Shown: positions 1-8,133, numbered from the stretch's first letter. The stretch is 22,253 nucleotides of DNA from Candidatus Methylomirabilales bacterium (GCA_046758505.1 JBHIAH010000040.1:1-22253), one strand, 5' to 3'. The notes: generated by a model not told the origin, from the letters alone. Numbers and translations are program-made.

Positions 1-67
1 CCGGCCGCGCCAGGTCTATACCGGGGCGGATCAGCGGGATTATGTGCCGGTCGAGCTGCGGAAGTAG
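1..67 (+). CDS. gltA: Citrate synthase, C-terminal fragment (gene runs in from the left edge)
   Basis: Frame 2 (2..67) reads RPRQVYTGADQRDYVPVELRK*, matching the RPRQxYxG C-terminal motif of bacterial citrate synthases. It lies directly upstream of kor and mdh. Only 21 aa are visible. Confidence 0.75.
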   Translation, partial: RPRQVYTGADQRDYVPVELRK

Positions 68-132
68 CCGAGGTTCTCGCGGCTGTCTGATGGCGTGTGA
101 CGGAGCGACAGAGGAGAGAGAGAACCGGAGAC

Positions 133-360
133 ATGAATAAGACAGCGCCTGGGCCGTGCAAGATCTACACCGGCGAGAAGGTGACCATCAGGGTCCTGGA
201 GGAGTGGTGTAAAGGCTGCGAGATCTGCGTCGAGGTATGCAAGAAGCACTGTCTGGCCATGGATGGCCTGGGGAAGGTCATGGTCGTGAACCTGGAGGCG
301 TGCAACAAATGCCTCTTGTGCGATCTCCTCTGCCCCGATTTCGCCATCTCCATTGGATGA
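133..360 (+). CDS. korD: 2[4Fe-4S] ferredoxin, delta subunit of 2-oxoacid:ferredoxin oxidoreductase
   Basis: Two CxxCxxCxxxC motifs (CKGCEICVEVC, CNKCLLCDLLCP). It immediately precedes the alpha subunit. ATG 133 preferred over GTG 97; start uncertain. Confidence 0.85.
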   Translation: MNKTAPGPCKIYTGEKVTIRVLEEWCKGCEICVEVCKKHCLAMDGLGKVMVVNLEACNKCLLCDLLCPDFAISIG

Positions 361-376
361 TCCCGGAAGGAGAGAG

Positions 377-1510
377 ATGGAACCAACCGTGGGCTTGATG
401 CAAGGAAATCAGGCGTGCGCGCAGGGCGCCCTCGTCGCCGGGTGTCGCTTCTTCGCGGGCTATCCGATCACGCCGTCGTCGGAGATCGCCGAAGAATTGG
501 CGAGACATCTCCCACGGGTGGGGGGGAAGTTCATCCAGATGGAAGACGAGCTCGGCGCCATGGCCGCATGCGTCGGGGCGTCCATCGGAGGCAGCAAGGC
601 CATGACCGCGACGAGCGGCCCGGGCTTTTCGTTAAAGCAGGAGAACCTGGGTTTCGCGGTCTATACCGAGATTCCCTGTGTCGTAGTGAACGTGATGCGG
701 GGGGGGCCGAGCACCGGCCTTCCCACCTCTCCCGCCCAGGCAGATGTCATGCAGGCGCGCTGGGGGACTCACGGCGATCACCCGATGATCGCACTCGCCC
801 CCGCTTCGGTGCGGGAGATCTACGATTGCACCATCCGAGCCTTCAACCTCTCGGAGCGTTGCCGCACGCCGGTGATCCTGCTCTACGACGAGGTCATCGG
901 ACACATGCGGGAAAAGGTGGAACTGCCCGACCCGTCGCAATGCGAGATTGTCGACCGACGGACCCCCACCTGCTCGCCTGAGGAATATCTCCCGTACCAG
1001 GCGGCCGAGGACGGCGTTCCGCCTTTCATGCGGTTCGGAGAGGGGTATCGCTATCACATCACCGGATTGGCGCATGACGAGCGAGGATTCCCCACCCAGG
1101 ACCCCCGGGTTGTTGAAGCAAAGCAGCGGCGGCTCTATGAGAAGATCGAACGACATCGAGAGGAAATCGTGGCCCATGAAACCTTCCTCCTCGAGGATGC
1201 GGAGGTCGCCATCGTGGGCTATGGCGTCACGGCGCGCTCTGCCCGGGCCGCGGTCAAGGCGGCCAGGCGGGAAGGGATCCGGGCCGGCCTCTTCAGGCCG
1301 ATTTCCCTCTGGCCGTTCCCCGACCTGGAGGTCGAGAAGCTGGCCGGACAGGTCAAGGCGATTGTCGTCGCCGAGATGAATCTGGGCCAACTGATCTACG
1401 AGGTCGAGCGGGTGGTCCACGGCAAGGTGAGGGTGGTTCCGCATCAGAAGGCGAGCGGGGAGCCGATCCACCCTGATGAAATCCTCGCTGCCTTACGGGG
1501 GTTACGCTGA
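377..1510 (+). CDS. korA: 2-oxoacid (likely 2-oxoglutarate):ferredoxin oxidoreductase alpha subunit
   Basis: GNQA, GYPITPSSE, QMEDE, TATSGPGFSL, RGGPSTG, VAEMNLGQ motifs. AAGGAG RBS before ATG 377. Confidence 0.93.
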   Translation: MEPTVGLMQGNQACAQGALVAGCRFFAGYPITPSSEIAEELARHLPRVGGKFIQMEDELGAMAACVGASIGGSKAMTATSGPGFSLKQENLGFAVYTEIPCVVVNVMRGGPSTGLPTSPAQADVMQARWGTHGDHPMIALAPASVREIYDCTIRAFNLSERCRTPVILLYDEVIGHMREKVELPDPSQCEIVDRRTPTCSPEEYLPYQAAEDGVPPFMRFGEGYRYHITGLAHDERGFPTQDPRVVEAKQRRLYEKIERHREEIVAHETFLLEDAEVAIVGYGVTARSARAAVKAARREGIRAGLFRPISLWPFPDLEVEKLAGQVKAIVVAEMNLGQLIYEVERVVHGKVRVVPHQKASGEPIHPDEILAALRGLR

Positions 1511-2274
1511 TGTTCGATTACGACCAGTATCTTCGAAGGGCGATGATGCCCCACATCTGGTGCAAGGGGTGTGGGAACGGCATCATCCTGAAGGCGCTGC
1601 TCCGGGCGATCCACCGGCTGGAACTTTCCAAGGACCGGGTTGCGATGGTGTCGGGAATCGGCTGTTCCAGCCGGCTCACGGGTTACGTGGATTGCGATAC
1701 ACTCCATACGACTCATGGCCGGCCCCTGGCCTTTGCGACTGGGTTGAAGCTTGCCAGGCCGGATCTCACCGTCATCGTTGTCACGGGGGATGGGGACGGC
1801 CTGGCGATCGGCGGGAACCATCTGATCCATGCGGCGCGGAGAAACATCGACCTGACCTGTCTCCTGTTCAACAATCAGATCTACGGGATGACGGGTGGCC
1901 AGTTGGCCCCGACCACGCCGGAGGGGCTCTTCTCGACCACGACCCCGTACGGAAACATCGAGGGGCACTTCGATGCGTGTCGCCTGGTTGAGGGGGCGGG
2001 GGGGACCTTTGTGGCCCGGGGGACGGTATTCCGGACCATCCCCTTGGAGAAGTTGATCGGCGAGGGCGTCCGGCATAAAGGGTTCTCCTTTATCGAGATC
2101 TTGACCACCTGCCCGGAGATCCACGGGCGGAGGAACAGATTGGGAACGCCGGCCCAGATGCTCCAGACCCTGGCCAAATCGACCCTGCCGACCGGCGTGG
2201 TCCACAAGACCACCGGACCCGAGTACACCGAGGCGTACGAGGAAATCATCGCCAAGGCCCAAGGACGGACCTAG
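1510..2274 (+). CDS. korB: 2-oxoacid:ferredoxin oxidoreductase beta subunit (TPP-binding)
   Basis: WCKGCG, SGIGCS, HGR, GDGD and NNQIYGMTGGQ motifs. Start overlaps the korA stop (TGATG). Confidence 0.93.
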   Translation: MFDYDQYLRRAMMPHIWCKGCGNGIILKALLRAIHRLELSKDRVAMVSGIGCSSRLTGYVDCDTLHTTHGRPLAFATGLKLARPDLTVIVVTGDGDGLAIGGNHLIHAARRNIDLTCLLFNNQIYGMTGGQLAPTTPEGLFSTTTPYGNIEGHFDACRLVEGAGGTFVARGTVFRTIPLEKLIGEGVRHKGFSFIEILTTCPEIHGRRNRLGTPAQMLQTLAKSTLPTGVVHKTTGPEYTEAYEEIIAKAQGRT

Positions 2275-2402
2275 CAAGTCGCAAGTGGTTCAGGGTTCAG
2301 GGTTGATGGTTCAGAGCTAAGACCTCAAGGACCACGTTTGTGCCGTGAACCATGAACTATGAACCATGAACCAAATCGGTCGTCGGTCACCAGTCATCGG
2401 CG
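2274..2402. repeat. Inverted heptamer tandem-repeat arrays in the korB-korC spacer
   Basis: GGTTCAG GGTTCAG GGTTGAT GGTTCAG (2287-2314) faces TGAACCA TGAACTA TGAACCA TGAACCA (2346-2373). Also GCAAGTC GCAAGTG (2274-2287) and ATCGGTC GTCGGTC ACCAGTC ATCGGCG (2375-2402). Confidence 0.9.
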
Positions 2403-2446
2403 ATGATAAATGCCATGTGTCGTTGAAGGCCAGAGGGAGCAACCAG

Positions 2447-3019
2447 ATGCGATATGAGATTCGGATAAGCGGCGAGGGGGGCCAGGGGGTGATGCTGGCC
2501 GGGATCATCCTCGCCGAGGCGGCGATTCAGGATGGAAGAAACGTTGTCCAGACCCAGGCTTACGGGCCCGAATCCCGAGGGGGGGCCACCAAGGCAGAGG
2601 TCATCATCAGCGATGAAGAGATCGACTATCCGAAGGCCGGGCGGATCGACCTCCTCCTCGCGCTGACCCAGGAAGCGTGCGACAAGTACTGGAGTGACCT
2701 GAAGGAAACCGGCACGCTCATCGCGGACTCCTCAAGGGTCCTCACCCTTCCCGCGAACGGTTTCTCGGTCTTTCCCCTCCCCATCCTCGACACTGCCAAG
2801 GACAAAGTGGGAATGGGGGTCGTGGCCAACATCGTCGCCTTGGGGGCGGTTGCGGGTCTCTCGGGAGTCGTCTCTCGAGGAGCCGTCGAGAAGGCGGTCT
2901 TGGCCCGGGTCCCCAAAGGGACCGCGGAACAAAACCTCAAGGCCCTCAGGGCCGGCTTCGAACTTGCCCAGGCATCGGACCGGAGACCGCAGACTGCAGA
3001 CCGACGACGGCTCGACTGA
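2447..3019 (+). CDS. korC: 2-oxoacid:ferredoxin oxidoreductase gamma subunit
   Basis: MRYEIRISGEGGQG, QAYGPESRGG, NIVALGA, NLKALRAG motifs. GAGGGAG RBS before ATG 2447. The longer ORF start at 2366 lies inside the repeat array. Confidence 0.92.
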   Translation: MRYEIRISGEGGQGVMLAGIILAEAAIQDGRNVVQTQAYGPESRGGATKAEVIISDEEIDYPKAGRIDLLLALTQEACDKYWSDLKETGTLIADSSRVLTLPANGFSVFPLPILDTAKDKVGMGVVANIVALGAVAGLSGVVSRGAVEKAVLARVPKGTAEQNLKALRAGFELAQASDRRPQTADRRRLD

Positions 3020-3195
3020 GCTCGCCGAAGTCTTGTCGAAGGGCTCTCAGCCCTGGACTCTTGACGTTGAACTGTGAACCATGATGCAGGGTGTTGGGTC
3101 TTCGGTTCTAGGTTTTGGTCTTGGTGCATCCGTGCTGATTGCTGACCGCTGACTGCTCTTGTTATCTGTCGTCGGTCGTCGGTCGTCGGTCATCG
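2974..3195. repeat. Nested heptamer-repeat arrays with a REP-like core, covering the korC 3' end and the korC-mdh spacer
   Basis: ATCGGAC CGGAGAC CGCAGAC TGCAGAC CGACGAC (2974-3008) faces GTCGTCG x3 GTCATCG (3168-3195). Internal 7-mer runs at 3044-3085, 3086-3126 and 3133-3160. REP-like segment at 3009-3043. Confidence 0.85.
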
Positions 3196-3217
3196 AACAG
3201 AGTAGGGGGGACCAAAG

Positions 3218-4147
3218 ATGGGCAGACCAAAGATCAGCATCATCGGCGCAGGGGCCGTGGGGGCCACTGCGGCCCACTGGGCAGCCGCCAAGGAGTTGGG
3301 GGACATCGTCCTCACGGACATTATTGAGGGGCTCCCCCAGGGGAAGGCCTTGGACCTGTGGGAGGCAGGTCCACTGGAGGGCTTCGATAATCGGATCGTG
3401 GGGACGAACGGGTACGAGGAAACGGTCGATTCCGATGTGGTCGTGATCACGGCCGGCATTGCGAGGAAGCCGGGCATGACCCGGGAAGATCTCCTGGCCA
3501 CCAACAAGGCCATTATGGGTCAGGTGGTCGGCGAGGTGGTAAAGCGCTCTCCGCACGCCTTCCTGATCGTGGTGAGCAACCCGCTGGATACTATGACATA
3601 CCTGACCAAGCACCTGAGCGGCTTTCCAAGAACCCGCGTGATGGGGCAGGCCGGGGTCCTGGACTCCTCCCGGTTTCGGGCCTTCGTGGCGGAGGCGCTT
3701 CAGGTCTCGGTGGAGGACACTCAAGCCATCGTTCTGGGGGGGCATGGAGACGAGATGGTCCCGCTGCCCCACTATTGTACTGTTGCTGGCGTCCCCGTGA
3801 CCCAGCTTTTGCCCCGGGAAAAGATCGACGCGATTGTTGAGCGGACTCGGAAAGCGGGGGGTGAGATCGTCGCCTTGCTCAAGACCGGAAGCGCCTTTTA
3901 CTCCACCGGGGCGGCGGTGATCCAAATGGTCGAGGCGATCCTGAAGGATAAGAAGCGGATATTGCCGTGTTCCGCCGCGCTCGAAGGGGAGTACGGCCTC
4001 CGTAATATCTGCTTCGGCGTCCCCGTGAAGCTTGGGGGGGAGGGGATCGAGAAAATCGTCGAGGTCGAGCTGACGGCGGAAGAGCAGGCTGCCGTCAAGC
4101 GCTCCGCCGAGGCCGTCAGAAAAAGCGTCGCTGGCCTCGGCCTCTAG
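3218..4147 (+). CDS. mdh: Malate dehydrogenase (LDH-like MDH)
   Basis: GAGAVG Rossmann motif, [20 protein letters not shown] (MDH-type Arg in the substrate loop), SNPLD, LDSSR, GGHGD, GSAFY. Confidence 0.96.
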   Translation: MGRPKISIIGAGAVGATAAHWAAAKELGDIVLTDIIEGLPQGKALDLWEAGPLEGFDNRIVGTNGYEETVDSDVVVITAGIARKPGMTREDLLATNKAIMGQVVGEVVKRSPHAFLIVVSNPLDTMTYLTKHLSGFPRTRVMGQAGVLDSSRFRAFVAEALQVSVEDTQAIVLGGHGDEMVPLPHYCTVAGVPVTQLLPREKIDAIVERTRKAGGEIVALLKTGSAFYSTGAAVIQMVEAILKDKKRILPCSAALEGEYGLRNICFGVPVKLGGEGIEKIVEVELTAEEQAAVKRSAEAVRKSVAGLGL

Positions 4148-4188
4148 CACGTCGGGAAGCATGCCGGCGGCTCGGATCGCAACCCAAC

Positions 4189-4219
4189 AAAAAGCCGGGG
4201 CCCATCACGATAGCCGGCT
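4189..4219 (-). terminator. Putative intrinsic terminator oriented for leftward (minus-strand) transcription
   Basis: AGCCGG (4193-4198) and CCGGCT (4214-4219) form a stem. The A-tract at 4189-4193 gives a U-tract after the hairpin on the minus strand. Confidence 0.5.
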
Positions 4220-4398
4220 GGACCCGAAAGAGGCTCGTCGGGGCAGCCCCATCCGTTTGGGACATCAACGTCCCAGCAGTGTTTCCTGAAAATATAAGGC
4301 CTTAGGAAAACTTAGCCTTCGTCTGTGGGGCGCTCGGGTCCCAAACCCCGATCGCCGTTCGGACGTCTACAGAAGAGACTAGGTGTTTCCCCCTTTCA

Positions 4399-4411
4399 AT
4401 TCAATAGATTA
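4399..4411 (+). promoter_or_regulatory. IHF-like binding site
   Basis: ATTCAA-TAGA-TTA versus consensus WATCAA-N4-TTR (one mismatch), in an AT-rich patch about 27 bp upstream of a sigma54 box. Confidence 0.55.
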
Positions 4412-4437
4412 GCCAACCTTACCAGCTCCTCCCTTCG

Positions 4438-4453
4438 TGGCACCATGGTTGCT
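4438..4453 (+). promoter_or_regulatory. Sigma54 (RpoN) -24/-12 promoter
   Basis: TGGCAC-CATGG-TTGCT is an exact match to TGGCAC-N5-TTGCW, about 80 nt upstream of the ORF at 4532. Confidence 0.85.
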
Positions 4454-4531
4454 CTGAATCTAGTGGTCACCGGCCTCCCGGGCTGGATGAGCAGGTCTCG
4501 TCCCGATCGGTGAGATAGAGGGGAGGAGCAT

Positions 4532-4864
4532 ATGCAAGAGATCCAAGGGCGTGCCGGGGCAAGGCAAGGGGTCCTCACCGCCGCCAAACCGGCCAGTGAG
4601 GTCTGTTCATGCGGGGAGACCTCACCTGGGCTTCCGTGGGGGTGCCGCTTCTGTGGAGGGCTCTGCTGCCCCCGCTGTGCCTATGTCCCAGAGGGCCTGG
4701 CAGTTTGCTATCGGTGCGCTCGGGACATGTTTCGGGTTCACGGGCGGGGAATTTCCGCAGTAACTGCGGGGCTCTCGGCGGACGGTCGCCATTTTCGTGA
4801 GGCCCGCATGGCGCATCGTGGGGGGCGGGCCTCCGAGGTTCCACGCAACACGCCTCCTCTCTGA
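4532..4864 (+). CDS. Small Cys-rich hypothetical protein (putative zinc-binding)
   Basis: Strong RBS (GAGGGGAGGAG) before ATG and a sigma54 promoter upstream. Cys pattern CSC..CRFC..CCPRC..CYRC. Confidence 0.65.
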   Translation: MQEIQGRAGARQGVLTAAKPASEVCSCGETSPGLPWGCRFCGGLCCPRCAYVPEGLAVCYRCARDMFRVHGRGISAVTAGLSADGRHFREARMAHRGGRASEVPRNTPPL

Positions 4865-5096
4865 CAATGCCGCCTTTTGGGGAGTGGGACTGAGATACGG
4901 GACCGCAAGTCACGGACGGTTGGATAGTGGAGCGGACGGTTAGCAGCGCAGGAGAGGGCCAGGCAGACTTGACGGGCCTGGCCCTTGCCGTCTCCAATCG
5001 TGGAGGGGAAAAACGGTGCCTCATCCGCGGCAGAAGCGCGCACGTTCCTGCGAGTGGTTTCCCATGAGCAGCCAGGTCCGGGTTGAGGACAGGAGA

Positions 5097-5639
5097 ATGG
5101 AGGACCAGCTCGTTCTGCTGTATTCCCGGGATACGATCGCCCGACGGGTTCAGGAGCTGGCTGCCGCCATTAGTGCCGACTATGCCGGGAGGGATGTGGT
5201 CCTGATTGGAATCCTCCGGGGGGCGTTCGTTTTTCTCGCCGACCTGATCCGGCACCTGACCATCCCGGTGGCGGTCGACTTTATCGGTGCCCTCAGCTAC
5301 GGCTGCCGCGCCGAAACGAAGGGGCAGGTGACCATCACCAAAGACCTCCAGATTCCCGTGACGGGGCGGGATGTCCTGCTGGTCGAGGACATCGAGGACA
5401 CCGGGATCACGCTGCAATCCATTCTGGACGCGGTCAGGGCGCGAGGGCCACGGTCGGTCAGGGTCTGCACCCTGATCGACAAGCAGGAGCGGCGACGGGC
5501 AGACGTGCAAGTCGATTACGTCGGCTTTGCGGTCTCCAGGGGTTTCATCGTGGGATACGGTATCGATTACGCCGAGCAATACCGTCATCTCCCGGACATC
5601 TACCGGATCGAGGGGGTGGAAGGCCGTGCGGAGCGATGA
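5097..5639 (+). CDS. hpt: Hypoxanthine phosphoribosyltransferase
   Basis: GILRGAFVFLADL, SYG flexible loop, PRPP motif VLLVEDIEDTGITL, FIVGYGIDYAEQYRHLP. GAGGA/AGGAG before ATG 5097; ATG 5064 is an alternative start. Confidence 0.93.
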   Translation: MEDQLVLLYSRDTIARRVQELAAAISADYAGRDVVLIGILRGAFVFLADLIRHLTIPVAVDFIGALSYGCRAETKGQVTITKDLQIPVTGRDVLLVEDIEDTGITLQSILDAVRARGPRSVRVCTLIDKQERRRADVQVDYVGFAVSRGFIVGYGIDYAEQYRHLPDIYRIEGVEGRAER

Positions 5640-7368
5640 TCTGGAGGCCCGGCTGAAAGCCATTGCCGTGGCGGGACAGCGTCGCGAGGCCGAGTGTCTG
5701 TTGGCAGGGGTGCAGGTGCTCAATGTCTTCACCGGAGAGGTCACGACGACGAACGTCGCGCTGGGTGGGGGACGGATCGTCGGGATCGGACCGCAGTATC
5801 GGCGTGCGCACGAGATCTTTGATCTCTCCGGGAGATATCTGCTTCCGGGCTTTATCGAAGGCCACATCCACATCGAGAGCTCGCTGATGACCCCCGAGGG
5901 TTTTGCCGAGGCTGTCGTCCCTCGGGGAACCAGCGCGGTGGTTGCGGATCCCCACGAGATCGCCAATGTGCTCGGTCTCGAAGGGGTCCGGTACATGCTG
6001 CGGGCCAGCCGGAATCTCCCGCTGGACTGTTACTTCCTGGCCCCCTCGTGCGTCCCGACCACGGGCCTCGAGACCGCGGGCGCCTCCGTGGGTTCGGCGA
6101 TGATTGCGGCGCTCTTGAAGGATGAGCGGATCCTGGGCTTGGCGGAGGTGATGGACTATCCGGGAGTGATCCAGGGGAGGCCCGAGATTGTGGAAAAGAT
6201 CGTCCTGGCGCGATCGCGGGGGAAGTGGGTTGACGGGCACGCACCTGGCCTCACCGGGGGACCGCTGATGGCCTATCTGGCTGCGGGAGTCGGATCGGAC
6301 CACGAGTGCACCACGCTCGAGGAGGCGGAGGAAAAGCTCCGGCTGGGGATGCGTGTGATGATCCGGGAGGGTTCCCAGGCCCGGAATCTGGCCGCGTTGC
6401 TGCCGCTCGTCACGCCGGTGACGGCGCGACGCTGCCTGCTTGTGAGCGACGATCGGGAACCCCAGGAGCTCGTCGGCGACGGCCATCTGGACGCGCTCGT
6501 CCGACGGGCAATCGCACGCGGGCTGGCGCCGCATCTCGCCGTCCAAATGGTGAGCCTCAATGTGGCCGAGGCCTTTGGTCTCCAGGATCGGGGAGCGGTG
6601 GCGCCCGGGTATCTCGCCGACCTGGTCGTGGTGGACAGCCTTCGGGACTTCAGGCCGCTGCTGGTCTTCAAGGGGGGGCGGCTGGTCGCGGAGGAGGGGA
6701 AGCTCCTTCGGGAGATTTCTCGGCTACCAGATGAATGGGTCCTCGACACGGTCAGGATTCCCCGGCTCTCGTCGGAAAGCCTCCGCATGCAGTCTGGGCC
6801 CACCCGCCTGGTGCGGGTCATCGGACTCGTCCCAGGACAGATCACCACCCGGCGGCTCGTGCTCGAGGCCCCGATCGCGAATGGGGAGGTGCGTCCTGAC
6901 CCCGCACGGGGCATCCTCAAGCTCGTGGTCGTAGAGCGGCACGGCAGGAACGGAAACATCGGCCTGGGCCTGGTGCATGGATTCGGCCTTCGACGGGGGG
7001 CCTTGGCCTCGTCCGTGGCCCACGATTCTCATAACCTGATCGCGGTGGGTGTCGAGGACCGGGACCTCCTCGCCGCCCTGGAGGGGGTGGCGGCGATGAG
7101 GGGCGGCCTTGCGGTCGCCGCCGGGGGGATAGTCCGGGCATCCCTTGCGCTTCCTGTCGCCGGACTCATGAGCGGGGAATCACCGGCGCAGGTGGCGGCC
7201 GCCATGGAAGATCTCGTGAGCAAGGCGCGTGATCTCGGCTGTGCCGCGCAGAACCCCTTTGCGGCGCTGTCGTTTCTCGCGCTGCCCGTCATCCCCGAGA
7301 TCCGCTTGACCGATCGGGGCCTGGTGGACGTGGCGCGGGGGGAGCTGGTCTCGCTCACCGTGGGCTGA
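5626..7368 (+). CDS. ade: Adenine deaminase (Ade/AdeC type, amidohydrolase superfamily)
   Basis: GFIEGHIHIESS, DPHEIANV, GLAEVMDYP, DGHAPGL, SDHEC, REGS, SDD, VAHDSHN motifs. GTG 5626 overlaps the end of hpt and has GGAAGG upstream. Confidence 0.93.
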   Translation: MRSDDLEARLKAIAVAGQRREAECLLAGVQVLNVFTGEVTTTNVALGGGRIVGIGPQYRRAHEIFDLSGRYLLPGFIEGHIHIESSLMTPEGFAEAVVPRGTSAVVADPHEIANVLGLEGVRYMLRASRNLPLDCYFLAPSCVPTTGLETAGASVGSAMIAALLKDERILGLAEVMDYPGVIQGRPEIVEKIVLARSRGKWVDGHAPGLTGGPLMAYLAAGVGSDHECTTLEEAEEKLRLGMRVMIREGSQARNLAALLPLVTPVTARRCLLVSDDREPQELVGDGHLDALVRRAIARGLAPHLAVQMVSLNVAEAFGLQDRGAVAPGYLADLVVVDSLRDFRPLLVFKGGRLVAEEGKLLREISRLPDEWVLDTVRIPRLSSESLRMQSGPTRLVRVIGLVPGQITTRRLVLEAPIANGEVRPDPARGILKLVVVERHGRNGNIGLGLVHGFGLRRGALASSVAHDSHNLIAVGVEDRDLLAALEGVAAMRGGLAVAAGGIVRASLALPVAGLMSGESPAQVAAAMEDLVSKARDLGCAAQNPFAALSFLALPVIPEIRLTDRGLVDVARGELVSLTVG

Positions 7369-7545
7369 GAGGAGCGGAGCTACGGACCGGCGGCGCCTGA
7401 CGGTGCGGAACCGGACCAAGCACGAGGAGTGTGAGGCCGTCCGCGACCCCGCTCCCCGGGAACGGGGGGTGCTTGGCAAAGGGGGGCTCCGCAATACCGC
7501 TGGCGCACGGAGGGCAGGTCGAGAAGGATGACGAGGGAAGACCCG

Positions 7546-7938
7546 ATGAAAACCGAAAGTGGCGTGCTGCCCCGGATCCTGGTGGTCGAGGATGATGAGG
7601 ATATGCGGGAGAACCTCCGGCGCATCCTTGCCGGTGCTGGGTATGAAGTCCACCTGGCCAAGAACGGGACCGAGGCGATCGCCATCCTCGAGTCGCAGCC
7701 GTGCCACCTGATCCTCACCGACCTGGTCATGCCGGGGATGGGGGGGCTGGAGCTCTTGTCCGAGATCCGGCGACGAGAGGGCAATCTGCCGGTCGTCTTG
7801 CTCACCGCCTTCGGCGACCGGGCCACCTTTAGAAAGGCCACAGAGTTGGGGGCCGTCGAATATGTGACCAAGCCCTTCCGGGCTGATTCTCTCTTGGGTC
7901 TCGTGCAGAGAATTCTCCCAAACAGATCGAGGGAGTGA
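7546..7938 (+). CDS. Stand-alone response regulator receiver domain
   Basis: ILVVEDD, phosphoacceptor TDLVMPGMGG, LLTAFG, YVTKPF; no output domain. Start is 7546 or 7528. Confidence 0.9.
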   Translation: MKTESGVLPRILVVEDDEDMRENLRRILAGAGYEVHLAKNGTEAIAILESQPCHLILTDLVMPGMGGLELLSEIRRREGNLPVVLLTAFGDRATFRKATELGAVEYVTKPFRADSLLGLVQRILPNRSRE

Positions 7939-7948
7939 TCCAGGGGAA

Positions 7949-8118
7949 GCTAATACGTTAGAATGCTAGAATGGTAAAACGCTGTGACGCTGGGACGCAA
8001 GGATGCAAGAGTTCTTCCTACTCTCGTGGCGTCCTGTCCTTCAGGTCTTCTCCTGTTCGAGCATCCGAGCTTTCTAGCATTCCAGCCTTCTCGCATCCTG
8101 GCGTCCTAGCGTTCTAGC
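7949..8118. repeat. Inverted octamer tandem-repeat array (8 + 8 units)
   Basis: Left arm 7949-8012: GCTAATAC GTTAGAAT GCTAGAAT GGTAAAAC GCTGTGAC GCTGGGAC GCAAGGAT GCAAGAGT. Right arm 8055-8118: GTTCGAGC ATCCGAGC TTTCTAGC ATTCCAGC CTTCTCGC ATCCTGGC GTCCTAGC GTTCTAGC, the reverse-complement consensus. Confidence 0.88.
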
Positions 8119-8133
8119 TTGAGAGGGCTGTGA

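Noticed and set aside
4974..4989. GGGCCT-GGCCC-TTGCC as a sigma54 promoter for hpt
   Set aside because: The spacing fits but the -24 element is poor, it lies inside a hairpin arm, and no IHF-like AT patch is upstream.
7949..8118. Repeat arrays (also 2274-2402 and 2974-3195) as CRISPR
   Set aside because: Units are 7-8 nt, contiguous and degenerate, with no unique spacers and no cas genes.
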